From Rebecca billardiae RCC1528 (taxonomy: Eukaryota > Protista > Haptophyta), in the NCBI GenBank assembly GCA_965240325.2, contig OZ251242.1, forward strand, positions 1,240,001 through 1,304,000: a stretch of 64,000 nucleotides of DNA. Reading direction: 5' to 3'. The notes beneath the pieces were generated by a model. That model was not told the DNA's origin and searched no databases. It was given only the letters and a program-made list of their open reading frames with translations. Positions within the stretch are counted from its first letter, which is position 1. Every line of letters starts with the position of its first letter. Positions 45,101 through 55,677 of this stretch are shown piece after piece. The translations under genes were made by a program, and so were the position numbers.

Positions 45101-45479
45101 CCGGCTGGAGGGCGCGAGCTCGCCGCCGCCGGTGCTCGCGCTGGACGACGTCGTCGCCGCGGCGGACGGCGCCGAGCGCGCGCTGCGCGAGCTGACGCGC
45201 CTGCCGCCGCCCGCCGGTGCGGCGGGTGCGGGCCGCGGTGAGGCGCGCGACGCGGCGCCGCCGAGGTCGGGCGCGCCGCGCGCGAGGCCCGAGGCGGCTG
45301 GGCCCGAGCAGCCCTCGGCGCGCGCGCCCGCCAAGAAGAAGCGCAGGCACGGCGGCGCAAAGGGCGGCGCGCGCGACGGCGGCCAGCCGGAGCAGCCGCC
45401 GCCCGCGGCTGGCGACGCGTCACGCCCGTCCGCGCCGCCGGCGTTCGACCCGTCGACGTGCATCGGCTTCTCGTTGTAG
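42124..45479 (+). CDS. XRN-family 5'-3' exoribonuclease (XRN2/XRN3-like); one intron at 44345-44559
   Basis: MGVPALFKWL, LYLDMNGVLH, DGVAPRAKMNQQRARRF, GEGEHKI, YGLDADL, GNDFLP; CCHC knuckle CPLCRREGHAAASC; QLMAVLPP after splicing; NLS PAKKKRR. Confidence 0.92.
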
Positions 45480-45743
45480 CCGTAGCCGTCGCCTTGCCGG
45501 GCTGCCCGCCGCCGCCCGCCCGACGGCGACGCGCCAGCGCTGGCCAAGTCGCTCGTGATCGTCCGCCATCATCGTCCTGAGCAAGGGGGTTGTCCTGTGG
45601 CTGTTCATGAGCGAGCGGGATGTGTAACGAGGGTCGAGGCTCAGCCAATGACGAGCGCCGTCCGAGCTGGTTATGTTAGTTGCGGCTTGGACTGCTGATC
45701 AGCAGGTCGGCCGGCCGCTCGCCGCCTCGGGCCGCGGGAAGCT

Positions 45744-46624
45744 ATGGCGCCAGAACGGCCGCGGCCGATGATCTTTGCGCTGATGCGCTACTCGCACGAC
45801 GCGCTGCGCGGCGCGGTCTCCGACTGCCGCGACGCCGTCGAGCGGGGCGACGCCGCCGCGTTCGCCTCCGAGTGGGAGGGCTACTGCCGCTTCCAGACGC
45901 TGCACCAGTACATGGAGGACGGCGTCTCGAAGAAGGGCAAGCTGGTCGCCGGCGGGCTCTGGGCGATCCTCGACGTGCACTTTGACGACCTCGCCGCCAA
46001 GCGCGGCTTCCGCAAGCTGCACACCGAGCTCGACAAGCTCGAGAAGCGCGTGGCCGACGCGAGCAAGCAGGGGTCGGCCGAGAAGCTCAAGGACGCGTGG
46101 GAGCCGTACGAGGAGAAGTGCCTCGCGCACTTCGCGCAGGAGGAGATGGCGGTCACGCCGAACATCCCGCTGCTTCCGCGCAACGGCATCGTGCTGCGCG
46201 ACGAGATGCGCGCGCACATCCTGCCGGGTGCGGCGCGCGGCGCGCGCCACGGAGCGGCCCACAGGCGCCGCACCCCGCGACGCGCGCGCGCGCGCTCAGC
46301 CCTGCGCCCCCGCCGCCCTCACTCCCGATCCCGCCCCGGGCAGCCGTGCCCGAGGAGGACATGCCCTTCTTCGTCACGTACGCCACCGCGAAGCTCGAGA
46401 AGCACTACCCGCGCGACGCGCACGTGCGCACGTTTGTGCTCGCGCTGAGCGCGCTCGCCGAGTCTGAGCAGGAGTGGGGCGTGTGGCGGCACGCGGCACA
46501 GGAGGCGCTGGGCCAGGAGAAGCTGGACGCGCTCGGGGCGGAGATCGACCTGGGCCTGTGGGGCGTGAAGGCGTACCCGGAGGGCACGGGGCCTGAGTTC
46601 TTCGGGCCGGAGGAGGTGTGCTGA
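45744..46624 (+). CDS. Hemerythrin-like (HHE cation-binding) protein; intron at 46228-46343
   Basis: MRYSHDALR, LHQYMED, LHTEL, AHFAQEE spacing; the GT-AG intron restores the frame. Confidence 0.7.
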
Positions 46625-47055
46625 GCGGCCATCTGGGAGCGCTCGCCGCACCCGACACGACTGTGTCTGTGACAGTGTCCCGGACCGTCTGTGAGTCGGG
46701 GCGCCGCGCCAGCCTGCGACTCTCAACTGCAGCGTGCCGACGTGTCGCGTAGAATTGGCGTGGCGCGGCCGCCTCGCGCCACGCCGGCTGCGGGCAGTGG
46801 GCCTGATGACGACCAGGTCCGCATGCCGACAAGGCCCGGTTGAGGGCAGCCAGTGCGCGCGCTTCTGCGTGTTGCTGACCAATACAGACCATCAGAATGT
46901 CACACTCATGAACAGTCTCACTCACAGGCGCGCGCATTGATTTGCGAAAAAATGGCCGAGGAGAAAGCCCGAGCACCGAAAATCGGCGGCGCGCGTCTTC
47001 TCGCGTCCGCTTCTCGCGTCGGCCGGCGCCTTCCGCCCGCCTCGCCGCCGCCGCC

Positions 47056-49056
47056 ATGGACCCCACGCCGCTGCTCGACCCGACGGCGCACGTGGAGGAG
47101 GGCGTGCCGACGGGCCCTGGCGCCGCCGCGATGGGCGTGCAGCTGCGCGTGCGCGGCGTGAGCCACTCGGTCGCCGTGCGCGGCGCGCGCGCGCGCAAGC
47201 CGATTCTGAGCGGCATCGACGCGCTCTTCAGTCCGGGCAGCCTCACCGCGCTGATGGGCGCGTCCGGCGCGGGCAAGACGACGCTGCTCACGCTGCTGCG
47301 CACGGGCACGCCCACCGCCGGCGAGATCCTCGCCAACGGCCGGCCGTACACCAAGCTCGCGCGCAAGCTGATCGTGACGGTGCCGCAGGACGACGTGCTG
47401 CTGCCTGGGCTGAGCGCGCACGAGATGCTCTCGTACGCGGCGGAGCTGCGGCTGCCCGCGAGCGTGGGCTCGGCGGGCCGCGCCGCGCGCGTGCGCGCCG
47501 TGCTCGCGCAGCTGCACCTCGGCGACGAGTGCGCGCACACGCGCATCGGCTCTGTGGAGGAGCGAGGGCTGTCGGGCGGGCAGCGCAAGCGCGTCTCCAT
47601 CGGCCTCGAGCTGCTCACCGACCCGCCGGTGCTGCTGCTCGACGAGCCGACGTCGGGGCTGGACGCGAAGATGGCGCGCGACGTCGTCGCCATCCTGCGC
47701 GCGCTCTCCTCCGAGGGCCGCACCGTCATCGCCACCATCCACCAGCCGTCCGCGCGCGTGTTCGGAGCGTTCGACCGACTGCTGCTGCTCAGCGCGGGCG
47801 GCGTCGCGTACGCGGGCCGCGTGGAGGGCGCGGAGGTGTACTTTAGCGCGCAGGGGTTCCCCACGCCGGAGCACGAGAACCCGGCGGACTACTACCTCCA
47901 GCTGCTGCAGGACCCCGAGGAGGCGGGCGGGCGCGACCTGCTCGAGGCGTGGGCCGAGTGGCGCGGCGGGCGCGGCGCGGCGCGCGCCGCGGCATCGGAG
48001 GGCGCGGCCGCGGACGTGCCCGAAGCGGACGAGGAGGCGGCGGACGCGCGCCCGCCGCCGCACCTCGCACACGCCGCGTCGTCGTTCGGCGGCGAGCTCC
48101 TGCCGCTCGACGGCAGCGCGCAGTACGCCGTCTCGCGCGCCGCGCAGACCTGGGTGCTGCTGCGCCGCCGGCTGTACGACGCCGCCAAGGACCGCACCAA
48201 GCTCGGTCGCTCGCTCGCGCTCCGCCTTACGCTCGGCGTGCTCGTCGGCGTGATCTGGCTGGGCTCGGGGCGCGACGCGTCGTACACGTCGATCTTCCCG
48301 ACGACGGGCGCGCTCTTCCTCGTCGTGAACAACTCGGTGATGGACACGCTCTTCGAGACGGTGCTGCAGTTCCCGCTGCAGCGCGCGCTGCTGCACCGCG
48401 AGTACGTGAACGGTACGTACGCGCTCGGCGCGCACTACGCGGCGCTGCAGCTGGCAAACCTCGTCTTCTGCTCGCTCTCCGCCGCGCTGCTCGGCGCGCC
48501 GGTGTACCTGCTCGTCGGGCTGGACCTCTCGCCGCCGCGCGTGGGCGCGTTCGTCGGGCTGCTCGTGCTGATGGCGCTCATCGGCGCGTGCCTCGGCGTG
48601 ATCGTCGGCGCGACGACCGCGGACATCGACTCGGCGCGCGGCGCCATCATGCCGACGCTCGTGCCCCTTCTCATCTTCTCGGGCTACCTGATCCCGCTCC
48701 GGAAGATCCCGGCGTACTTCCGCTGGATCTACTACGGCTCGTTCTTCCAGTACGGCTTCGGCGCGCTGCAGCTCAACGAGCTCGCCGCGCGTAACTTCAC
48801 CGCCGACTGCCCCGCCGAGCTGGCGGAGGAGGCGGCGGCGGCGCTCATCCACCGCGCGCTGCCAGACCTGCCGCTGCCGCCGCTGCCCAACGCGACGTGC
48901 ACCGGGCAGGACTACCTCGAGTCGGTGCAGCTGTGGCCGCCGCCGTACGGCGGGCTGAAGGGGTACTTCGCCATCCTCGGCGCGTACCTGCTGCTCTTCC
49001 TGCTGCTCGCGTACCACGTGCTCGCCTCGCGCGTCAAGCAGCAGGCGCGCGCGTGA
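47056..49056 (+). CDS. ABCG (White-type) half-size ABC transporter
   Basis: Walker A GASGAGKT, LSGGQRKRVSIG, LLLDEPTSGLD, TIHQPS, ENPADY, C-terminal TM domain. Confidence 0.95.
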   Translation: MDPTPLLDPTAHVEEGVPTGPGAAAMGVQLRVRGVSHSVAVRGARARKPILSGIDALFSPGSLTALMGASGAGKTTLLTLLRTGTPTAGEILANGRPYTKLARKLIVTVPQDDVLLPGLSAHEMLSYAAELRLPASVGSAGRAARVRAVLAQLHLGDECAHTRIGSVEERGLSGGQRKRVSIGLELLTDPPVLLLDEPTSGLDAKMARDVVAILRALSSEGRTVIATIHQPSARVFGAFDRLLLLSAGGVAYAGRVEGAEVYFSAQGFPTPEHENPADYYLQLLQDPEEAGGRDLLEAWAEWRGGRGAARAAASEGAAADVPEADEEAADARPPPHLAHAASSFGGELLPLDGSAQYAVSRAAQTWVLLRRRLYDAAKDRTKLGRSLALRLTLGVLVGVIWLGSGRDASYTSIFPTTGALFLVVNNSVMDTLFETVLQFPLQRALLHREYVNGTYALGAHYAALQLANLVFCSLSAALLGAPVYLLVGLDLSPPRVGAFVGLLVLMALIGACLGVIVGATTADIDSARGAIMPTLVPLLIFSGYLIPLRKIPAYFRWIYYGSFFQYGFGALQLNELAARNFTADCPAELAEEAAAALIHRALPDLPLPPLPNATCTGQDYLESVQLWPPPYGGLKGYFAILGAYLLLFLLLAYHVLASRVKQQARA

Positions 49057-49547
49057 GACCCCATCACCATGGAGGTGACGTCCTGACAGGCCGGACCAGT
49101 CATCAATTATTGGCGCAAGGGCACCGCCATATTCATCAGGAACGGTGCGCTCAAGACTCGCAATTGTAGTCGAATGCGCTCAACTTTTCGAATCGGATGC
49201 CCACGAAGCACGCAGTTTGTGGGTCAGGAGCACACGCGCGCGTCGCAAGTTCAGGGTTCGGACCGTGCAACGGCGCTTTTCTGTGGTTGGCTGTTGAGGG
49301 TTCGTCTACATGGATATCTCTGGTTTCAGGTTGAGCGCTTTTAACGAGGAGAGGCGATCGACCAATGACGTGCCCGTACTCAGCTGAGTTTTGGTGCGAT
49401 GTATTGCCGAGACCGACCAAATCATGTGCGGTTGTCGTCAAGTCGTTGCGCTTTGGGGCGACGAGTTTCTGACCCGTCTTGCCCTGTGCTCGGCACCGCC
49501 CGAGCGACGGCCCTTGGCCGAGTGACCATCTCAAACCGCGCACGCTC

Positions 49548-51206
49548 ATGCCCGTGATCCAGCCGCTCGAGAAGCATGGGGGCGCTGGCGAAGGCGCCTC
49601 GGCCCACGGCGAGGAGACCAACGCGAACAATGGCGGCAGCGTCGGCGGCGGCTCGCGCCGCGGCTCGGCGCGTATGCACTACACGCTCGGCAGGTCGGCG
49701 GTGGTGCTCGCGTGGCCGATGCGCCCGTTCGCGAACATGCTCTGCGCGCTCACGCTCACCCTTGTCATCCTCTTCGCCCTCTTCGTCGGCCACGCCCCCG
49801 CCGGCGACCACGAGCAGAACTACCTGATGTTCTCGCACGTGTCGATCATGATCTTTGTCGGCTTCGGCTTCCTCATGACGTTCCTCCGCCGGTACTCGAT
49901 GGCGGCGATCGGGCTCAACTTCATCGCGGTACGCGCGGCGTCGTGTGACTCACGCCAGTCAGCCCTCCCCCCCCCTCCCCCCCCCGCGCGCACGCGGCCT
50001 TGGGCTCACGGCGCGCACCCGTCACCGCCGCGCGCGCGCCCCCCCGCCTGCCTTCCGCCTGCCTTCCTTGCCTCCTGCTCCCTTCAGTCGGTGCTCGTGA
50101 TGCTCGAGGCGATCCTCATCGTGGGCGCGCTGGCGAGCGCGGAGCACGCCGACCTGCGGCGCGACCTGCAGTTCATCAAGCTCGACGTGGCGATGCTCGT
50201 GCAGGGGCTCTTCGCCGCCGCGGCGGGGATGATCTCGTTTGGCGCGGTGCTGGGCAAGGCGAGCCCGACGCAGGTGCTGCTGCTGCTCGCGCTCGAGGTG
50301 CCGCTGTACGCGCTCAACGCGGTGCTGTGCTTCGAGGGCGTGTTCGTGCCGATGGGCGCGATCGACGCGGGCGGCGCGATCGTGATCCACACGATGGGCG
50401 CGTACTTCGGCCTCGCCGCCTCGCTGCGCATGTTCCGCGACCGCGACGAGCTCGGCGCGAGCCACGCCAAGAACGCCGCGTCTTACGCGTCCAACGTGAG
50501 CAGCATGGTGGGCACCATCTTCCTGTGGATCCTGTGGCCCTCGTTCAACGGGATCTTCACGGGCGAGGCGAGGACCGTCGCCATCGTCAACACAGTCCTC
50601 TCCATCTCGGGCGCCACGCTCGCCACCTTCGCGCTCTCCGCGCGCGTGTTTGGCGACAAGCTAGACATGGTGCTGGTGCAGAACGCGACGCTGGCGGGCG
50701 GCGTCGCGATGGGCGCGGTGCCGCACCTGCCGCTCTCGCCGGGGGTGGCGCTGGCGATCGGCTGCGCCGCGGGCGCGCTCTCGTGCACCGGCTTCTCCCT
50801 CGTCGGCCCGTGGCTCGAGGCGCGCATCGGGCTCAAGGACACGTGCGGCGTGCACGCGCTGCACGGGATGCCCGGCGTTCTCGGCTCGCTCGTCGGAGCG
50901 GTCGCGCTCGCCGCGATGCCGCAGCACGCGGCCGCGCCGGGCGCGGCGGGCGCGGAGGTGCTCGCGCTGCTCGTCACGCTCGCCATCGCCATCCTCGGCG
51001 GGCTCGCGTGCGGCGAGCTCGTCTCCCGCGTCGACGCCGTCCCCGACGCGCACGACCGTTACGACCTCGCGTTCGAGGACGCGGCGCTCATCCAGTGCGA
51101 CCGCGAGCCGGACGAGGAGCTCACGAGGGCGAGGGCGGTGCACGACACGAAGCCGCCCGCGCACCCGGCCCCACCGCTCGCGGCGAGCGCGGTGGCGGGC
51201 GGATGA
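49548..51206 (+). CDS. Rh-type (Rhesus) ammonium/CO2 channel; intron at 49929-50087
   Basis: HVSIMIFVGFGFLMTFLRRY, ISFGAVLGK, IHTMGAYFGL, GTIFLWILWPSFN, QNATLAGGVAMG, DTCGVHALHGMPG. Confidence 0.93.
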   Translation: MPVIQPLEKHGGAGEGASAHGEETNANNGGSVGGGSRRGSARMHYTLGRSAVVLAWPMRPFANMLCALTLTLVILFALFVGHAPAGDHEQNYLMFSHVSIMIFVGFGFLMTFLRRYSMAAIGLNFIAVRAASCDSRQSALPPPPPPARTRPWAHGAHPSPPRARPPACLPPAFLASCSLQSVLVMLEAILIVGALASAEHADLRRDLQFIKLDVAMLVQGLFAAAAGMISFGAVLGKASPTQVLLLLALEVPLYALNAVLCFEGVFVPMGAIDAGGAIVIHTMGAYFGLAASLRMFRDRDELGASHAKNAASYASNVSSMVGTIFLWILWPSFNGIFTGEARTVAIVNTVLSISGATLATFALSARVFGDKLDMVLVQNATLAGGVAMGAVPHLPLSPGVALAIGCAAGALSCTGFSLVGPWLEARIGLKDTCGVHALHGMPGVLGSLVGAVALAAMPQHAAAPGAAGAEVLALLVTLAIAILGGLACGELVSRVDAVPDAHDRYDLAFEDAALIQCDREPDEELTRARAVHDTKPPAHPAPPLAASAVAGG

Positions 51207-51502
51207 GGCGCGCGCCTCGCGCCGTCGCCCTCCGAGCCGCCGTGCACCAGCTGCGCTGCTACCGGCGTTGCGCGATGCGGCGGCGGCCTATCCCGCGTAA
51301 TCCCGCCTGCTATAGCGCAGCGCAGTCGAGTCGTAGCGACGCGCCGCCGATGACCGGCGCGAGTCCGGCGACAAGTAGTCTGCGCCCGCCGTCCTGGTCA
51401 CGGCGGCGCGGGCCTTGCCGTACGACATAGCTCCGCTGGACTGGCACTGCTGCCGCACCGCGGCACTGCTGCCATCATATTGATCATCATGCATGCTGTA
51501 GG

Positions 51503-54500
51503 AGGCCACTCCACCGAAATCGTGCCCGTCCCGGGCTAGCCGCTCCACTGGCGTCCCGGGCTAGGCCCGGGACGCTCCGAGCGCGTCCCGGGCTAGCTGG
51601 CGCAGCGCGAGATAGTATTGAGCTCATAGGCGATGCCGCCGCGCCGCGTGCGCGCGCTCCGTCTCGCGCTGGCTGCGGCCGGGAGCGCGCGCGGCAAGCC
51701 GGCGCGTGCGGTCGGGCACCGGCGCTGAGGTATCGTGTGCCCATCCGCGCCCTCGGCTTGTGTCTGCGCGCCCTCCTCCGCCGCTGCGGGGCGCGCGTGT
51801 GGTCGCGCTGCCTCGCTCTCTGGGCGCACCGAAAGCGCGAGCGCGCAACGGGTCACATGTGGCGTGTCGGACCCAACGCGTGCTCGCCTGGCGTGGGCTT
51901 TGGGTTCGTTATGGCCCTGGTCACGCGCGACGCCGGCCGTGCCCAGCCTTCTGACCGCGCGCAGCGCGCGTAGCACTGGCAGTCCCAGCTGCAGTCGAGC
52001 TGACCCGTCGGGGCTCGGCGGCACCCAGCCACTCGCAGGCGGCCGTGATCAGTCGACGCGTGAGTTAGACGGCGGCTACACACCAGGCAGGTCGCGCTCT
52101 GCCGCGTGCAGGGCGGTTGCACAGCCACAAGTGCCCCCGCGATCGCGGCGCGCTCGGGTACGAACAAGAGCGCAGTATTTTGTTGCATGCGCGCCGCCGG
52201 CAGGTGGCGAGCTGGGCCGTGCGGGTCGGTGTGGCTGGCGGGCGCGCTCGCGTGCGTGGCATGAGCGAGCGCGCCGCCGCCCTCGCCTGCCGCCCACGTC
52301 GCGCGCCGCGCGGCTGCGCGGCCGCGCGGCCTACGTCGCTTCGGCGCTCGCGCGGCCGGCAGCTCCCGTGGACATCGGACACAGTGGCTGCCGTGGGCCA
52401 GCTGAAGAGCTGGTCCTTACTAGTTCGCGAGCGGGGCGGCGGGTGAAGAGGTTGATGCCGGCGGTCTTGCGTCTATGAGTGCCCGCATGCCACGTGTCTG
52501 CTCGTATCTTGATGTCCGGCAGTGCTCACGGATTCTGGGGTGGTACAATAACAGCTCAGCAGGCTGACTGACTGTCGTCCGCGGCAAACCTCACCCTGCG
52601 GGCTCGGTAGATTGACAATGCCCATGGCTGGTCACAAATCACAGCATACGTGAGCAGAAGGTATGCGCACGCACCGAGATGTTGCGTCGCCCCTCTTGCC
52701 CGTGTTGCGGAGACCCAGTGGCGTACGGCAGCCTGCACTTGCGCCAGAGTCGGCCACAACCGAGGTGCGTAGCCCGAACGCTGCACACGCTCAGTGAGCG
52801 GCACCGCCTCGGCTTGCGAGCGGCTGCGTGCGCACGCATAAGACGACTGGATGCTGTCGCATAGGCACACGCCCTAAGCGAAGTGGGATGGTGCCTAAGG
52901 TGGCGTCAGTTGTGACGTTGGTACCTGCCACGGCCACGGCGTCCGTTGAATCGACGGAGGCAATGATGAAGAGCCCGGATGAAAGCGCTTTACTTAGGAG
53001 CGTCAAGCGAGTCCTGACTGAATATACAGCAGTCCCTGATGAGGCCTCGAATGCGCACATTCGTGCCGACTTGTCACGGGCTGGGGCTGCCGGAGCAGCA
53101 CCCATCTGGCGGGTCCGTGCGAGGATACACGCGTGGTGCGACGAAGCCATCACGCATCATCCACAAATCACGGCGCAACACGCAGCTCAGTGCACGGAGG
53201 TGCTCGGCTGCTGCCAAGTACGATACGCTAGCCAATGACAAGGCCGAGCCACGGCTACAGTATGCGCGCGCTGATGGGCAGGGCCTGGGGCTGTGCGTGA
53301 CAGGCCCGTCACCCGGTGTGAGCCAACTTCCGCTCATCTACGGTGGCCTCCGGACACTGGTACACCACGATGCAGCGCTGTTCCAGTCTCAGCCGACATG
53401 CTCTGGGCACGCACCCGGCCACCGCCAGCCAGAGCCAAAGTACACAGTAGCTGTGCTGTGCATCCATCTCGTCATGCGGTATTGCTCATGCCGCTGCTGC
53501 GCGCTCACGGCTTGATGACATTGCAACGGCAGTGACCATGCCCTACTTTGCAGCTGGCTGCTCCGTATGCCAAGGTGATGTATGAATACTGCAGCGTATT
53601 TGCCAGCCAAGCGCAGTGCCGCGCCCGTGCCGCCTTCCGGCCACGCTGCCGTCGGGAGCTGCCGGCCGCGCGAGCGCCGAAGCGACGTAGGCCGCGCAGC
53701 CGCGCGGCGCGCGACGTGGGCGGCAGGCGAGGGCGGCGGCGCGCTCGCTCATGCCACGCACGCGAGCGCGCCCGCCAGCCACACCGACCCGCACGGCCCA
53801 GCTCGCCACCTGCCGGCGGCGCGCATGCAACAAAATACTGCGCTCTTGTTCGTACCCGAGCGCGCCGCGATCGCGGGGGCACTTGTGGCTGTGCAACCGC
53901 CCTGCACGCGGCAGAGCGCGACCTGCCTGGTGTGTAGCCGCCGTCTAACTCACGCGTCGACTGATCACGGCCGCCTGCGAGTGGCTGGGTGCCGCCGAGC
54001 CCCGACGGGTCAGCTCGACTGCAGCTGGGACTGCCAGTGCTACGCGCGCTGCGCGCGGTCAGAAGGCTGGGCACGGCCGGCGTCGCGCGTGACCAGGGCC
54101 ATAACGAACCCAAAGCCCACGCCAGGCGAGCACGCGTTGGGTCCGACACGCCACATGTGACCCGTTGCGCGCTCGCGCTTTCGGTGCGCCCAGAGAGCGA
54201 GGCAGCGCGACCACACGCGCGCCCCGCAGCGGCGGAGGAGGGCGCGCAGACACAAGCCGAGGGCGCGGATGGGCACACGATACCTCAGCGCCGGTGCCCG
54301 ACCGCACGCGCCGGCTTGCCGCGCGCGCTCCCGGCCGCAGCCAGCGCGAGACGGAGCGCGCGCACGCGGCGCGGCGGCATCGCCTATGAGCTCAATACTA
54401 TCTCGCGCTGCGCCAGCTAGCCCGGGACGCGCTCGGAGCGTCCCGGGCCTAGCCCGGGACGCCAGTGGAGCGGCTAGCCCGGGACGGGCACGATTTCGGT

Positions 54501-54510
54501 GGAGTGGCCT
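51503..54510. mobile_element. Foldback element with ~865-bp TIRs and a CTGTAGG (or TGTAG) TSD
   Basis: 51503-52368 is the reverse complement of 53653-54510; CTGTAGG at 51496-51502 and 54511-54517. Confidence 0.9.
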
Positions 54511-54541
54511 CTGTAGGCTCACTGTACTCTCGCCTGCCTGA

Positions 54542-55560
54542 TCAGGGTCGTTCTTCCGAGCCCCCCCACGCTTTTTCCCCAGCCCGAGCCCGAACATTGT
54601 TGTATGAGGACCTATTGCGAACGCGGGGGCGTGGAGGCCTCCCCAGGATGACGAAACTTGGCCGGGACCAAGTGTTGTTGGAAATCCAAACAACACTTGG
54701 TCCCGGCCAAATTTCGTCACATACTATCTCGTCCCGAAAGATCGCAGGACGGAAGCTTCTGTGCCTTCCAACGTCGGCCCACGAGAGGGTCAGGAGCACG
54801 CCGTGCGTGCTTGCGGCGGTCGGCGGGGACAAGTACGACCGGCGCGTTCGCGCGCGATCTCGTATGCTCGGCGGCGTTGGTGTTGCGGCTGGCCAGTCAC
54901 ATGTGACGCCTGGTTGCGCTCGCGTGCTTGAGCGCAGCTTGTGCGGCGCAAACCTCCGTTGTGCAGATCCGCCGACGCGCGCCGAACGCACTCCTCGCGC
55001 CGTGCACCCGGAGCGTTTGAATTCGTAGAAGATTTCGACCCAGCCACGATGTACACGGTCGTACGTGTCTCCAGAAGACACTTACGAGCAGGGCTCGATC
55101 GTGGCATGCCCTCCGTCTCCTCATATCATCTCGCTTAGCTGTCTGCGCACACGCGACCAGCTCCACGGTCCACCGTGCGCGGCTCGGCGCCTTGCGCGGT
55201 CGGTGGGACACCTGGTTGCCTACATTGCACACACGAGCTTTTCTGTGCCGCTCAAGGGTGCGTTGGCGCTCTGACTGCCGCCCCTCGCCGACATTGTGCG
55301 CACGAGAAGGGCCTGCACGTGCACGACAGGGACGCTAAGGTCGCGGGCTGCCCTCGCTGCTTCTCCTAGACTCCCTTGTGCCGATCCTCCCGCAATCTCA
55401 ATAGCTACCGGCGCAACTCCAAAACGGAAAGGAAATGCTCGCAAGAACGCCCGCGGCCCCTCGTTTTGAGCCCGAACATTTTGTAAGCCACCCTAGACAA
55501 ATGCTTCAGGACAGATACCCGTCTGGGCGAGCTTGCGGGGGCTCGGAAGAACGACCCTGA
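54542..55560. mobile_element. MITE with ~24-bp TIRs
   Basis: TCAGGGTCGTTCTTCCGAGCCCCC and GGGGGCTCGGAAGAACGACCCTGA; the flanks rejoin to GCCTGAGCTGTGTGCGTCTCTTATTC, which is seen uninterrupted at ~666-691. Confidence 0.75.
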
Positions 55561-55677
55561 GCTGTGTGCGTCTCTTATTCTTAGTAAACTGTACTGTTAC
55601 AACTCATACAAGTGTCGTCGTAGTTACATTCGATCAGCAGAGACGAGCAGACTACTGATGCGTGCGCTATACATATT

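Noticed and set aside
52400-53640. Possible transposase in the foldback interior
   Set aside because: Only short ORFs with no recognisable DDE motif
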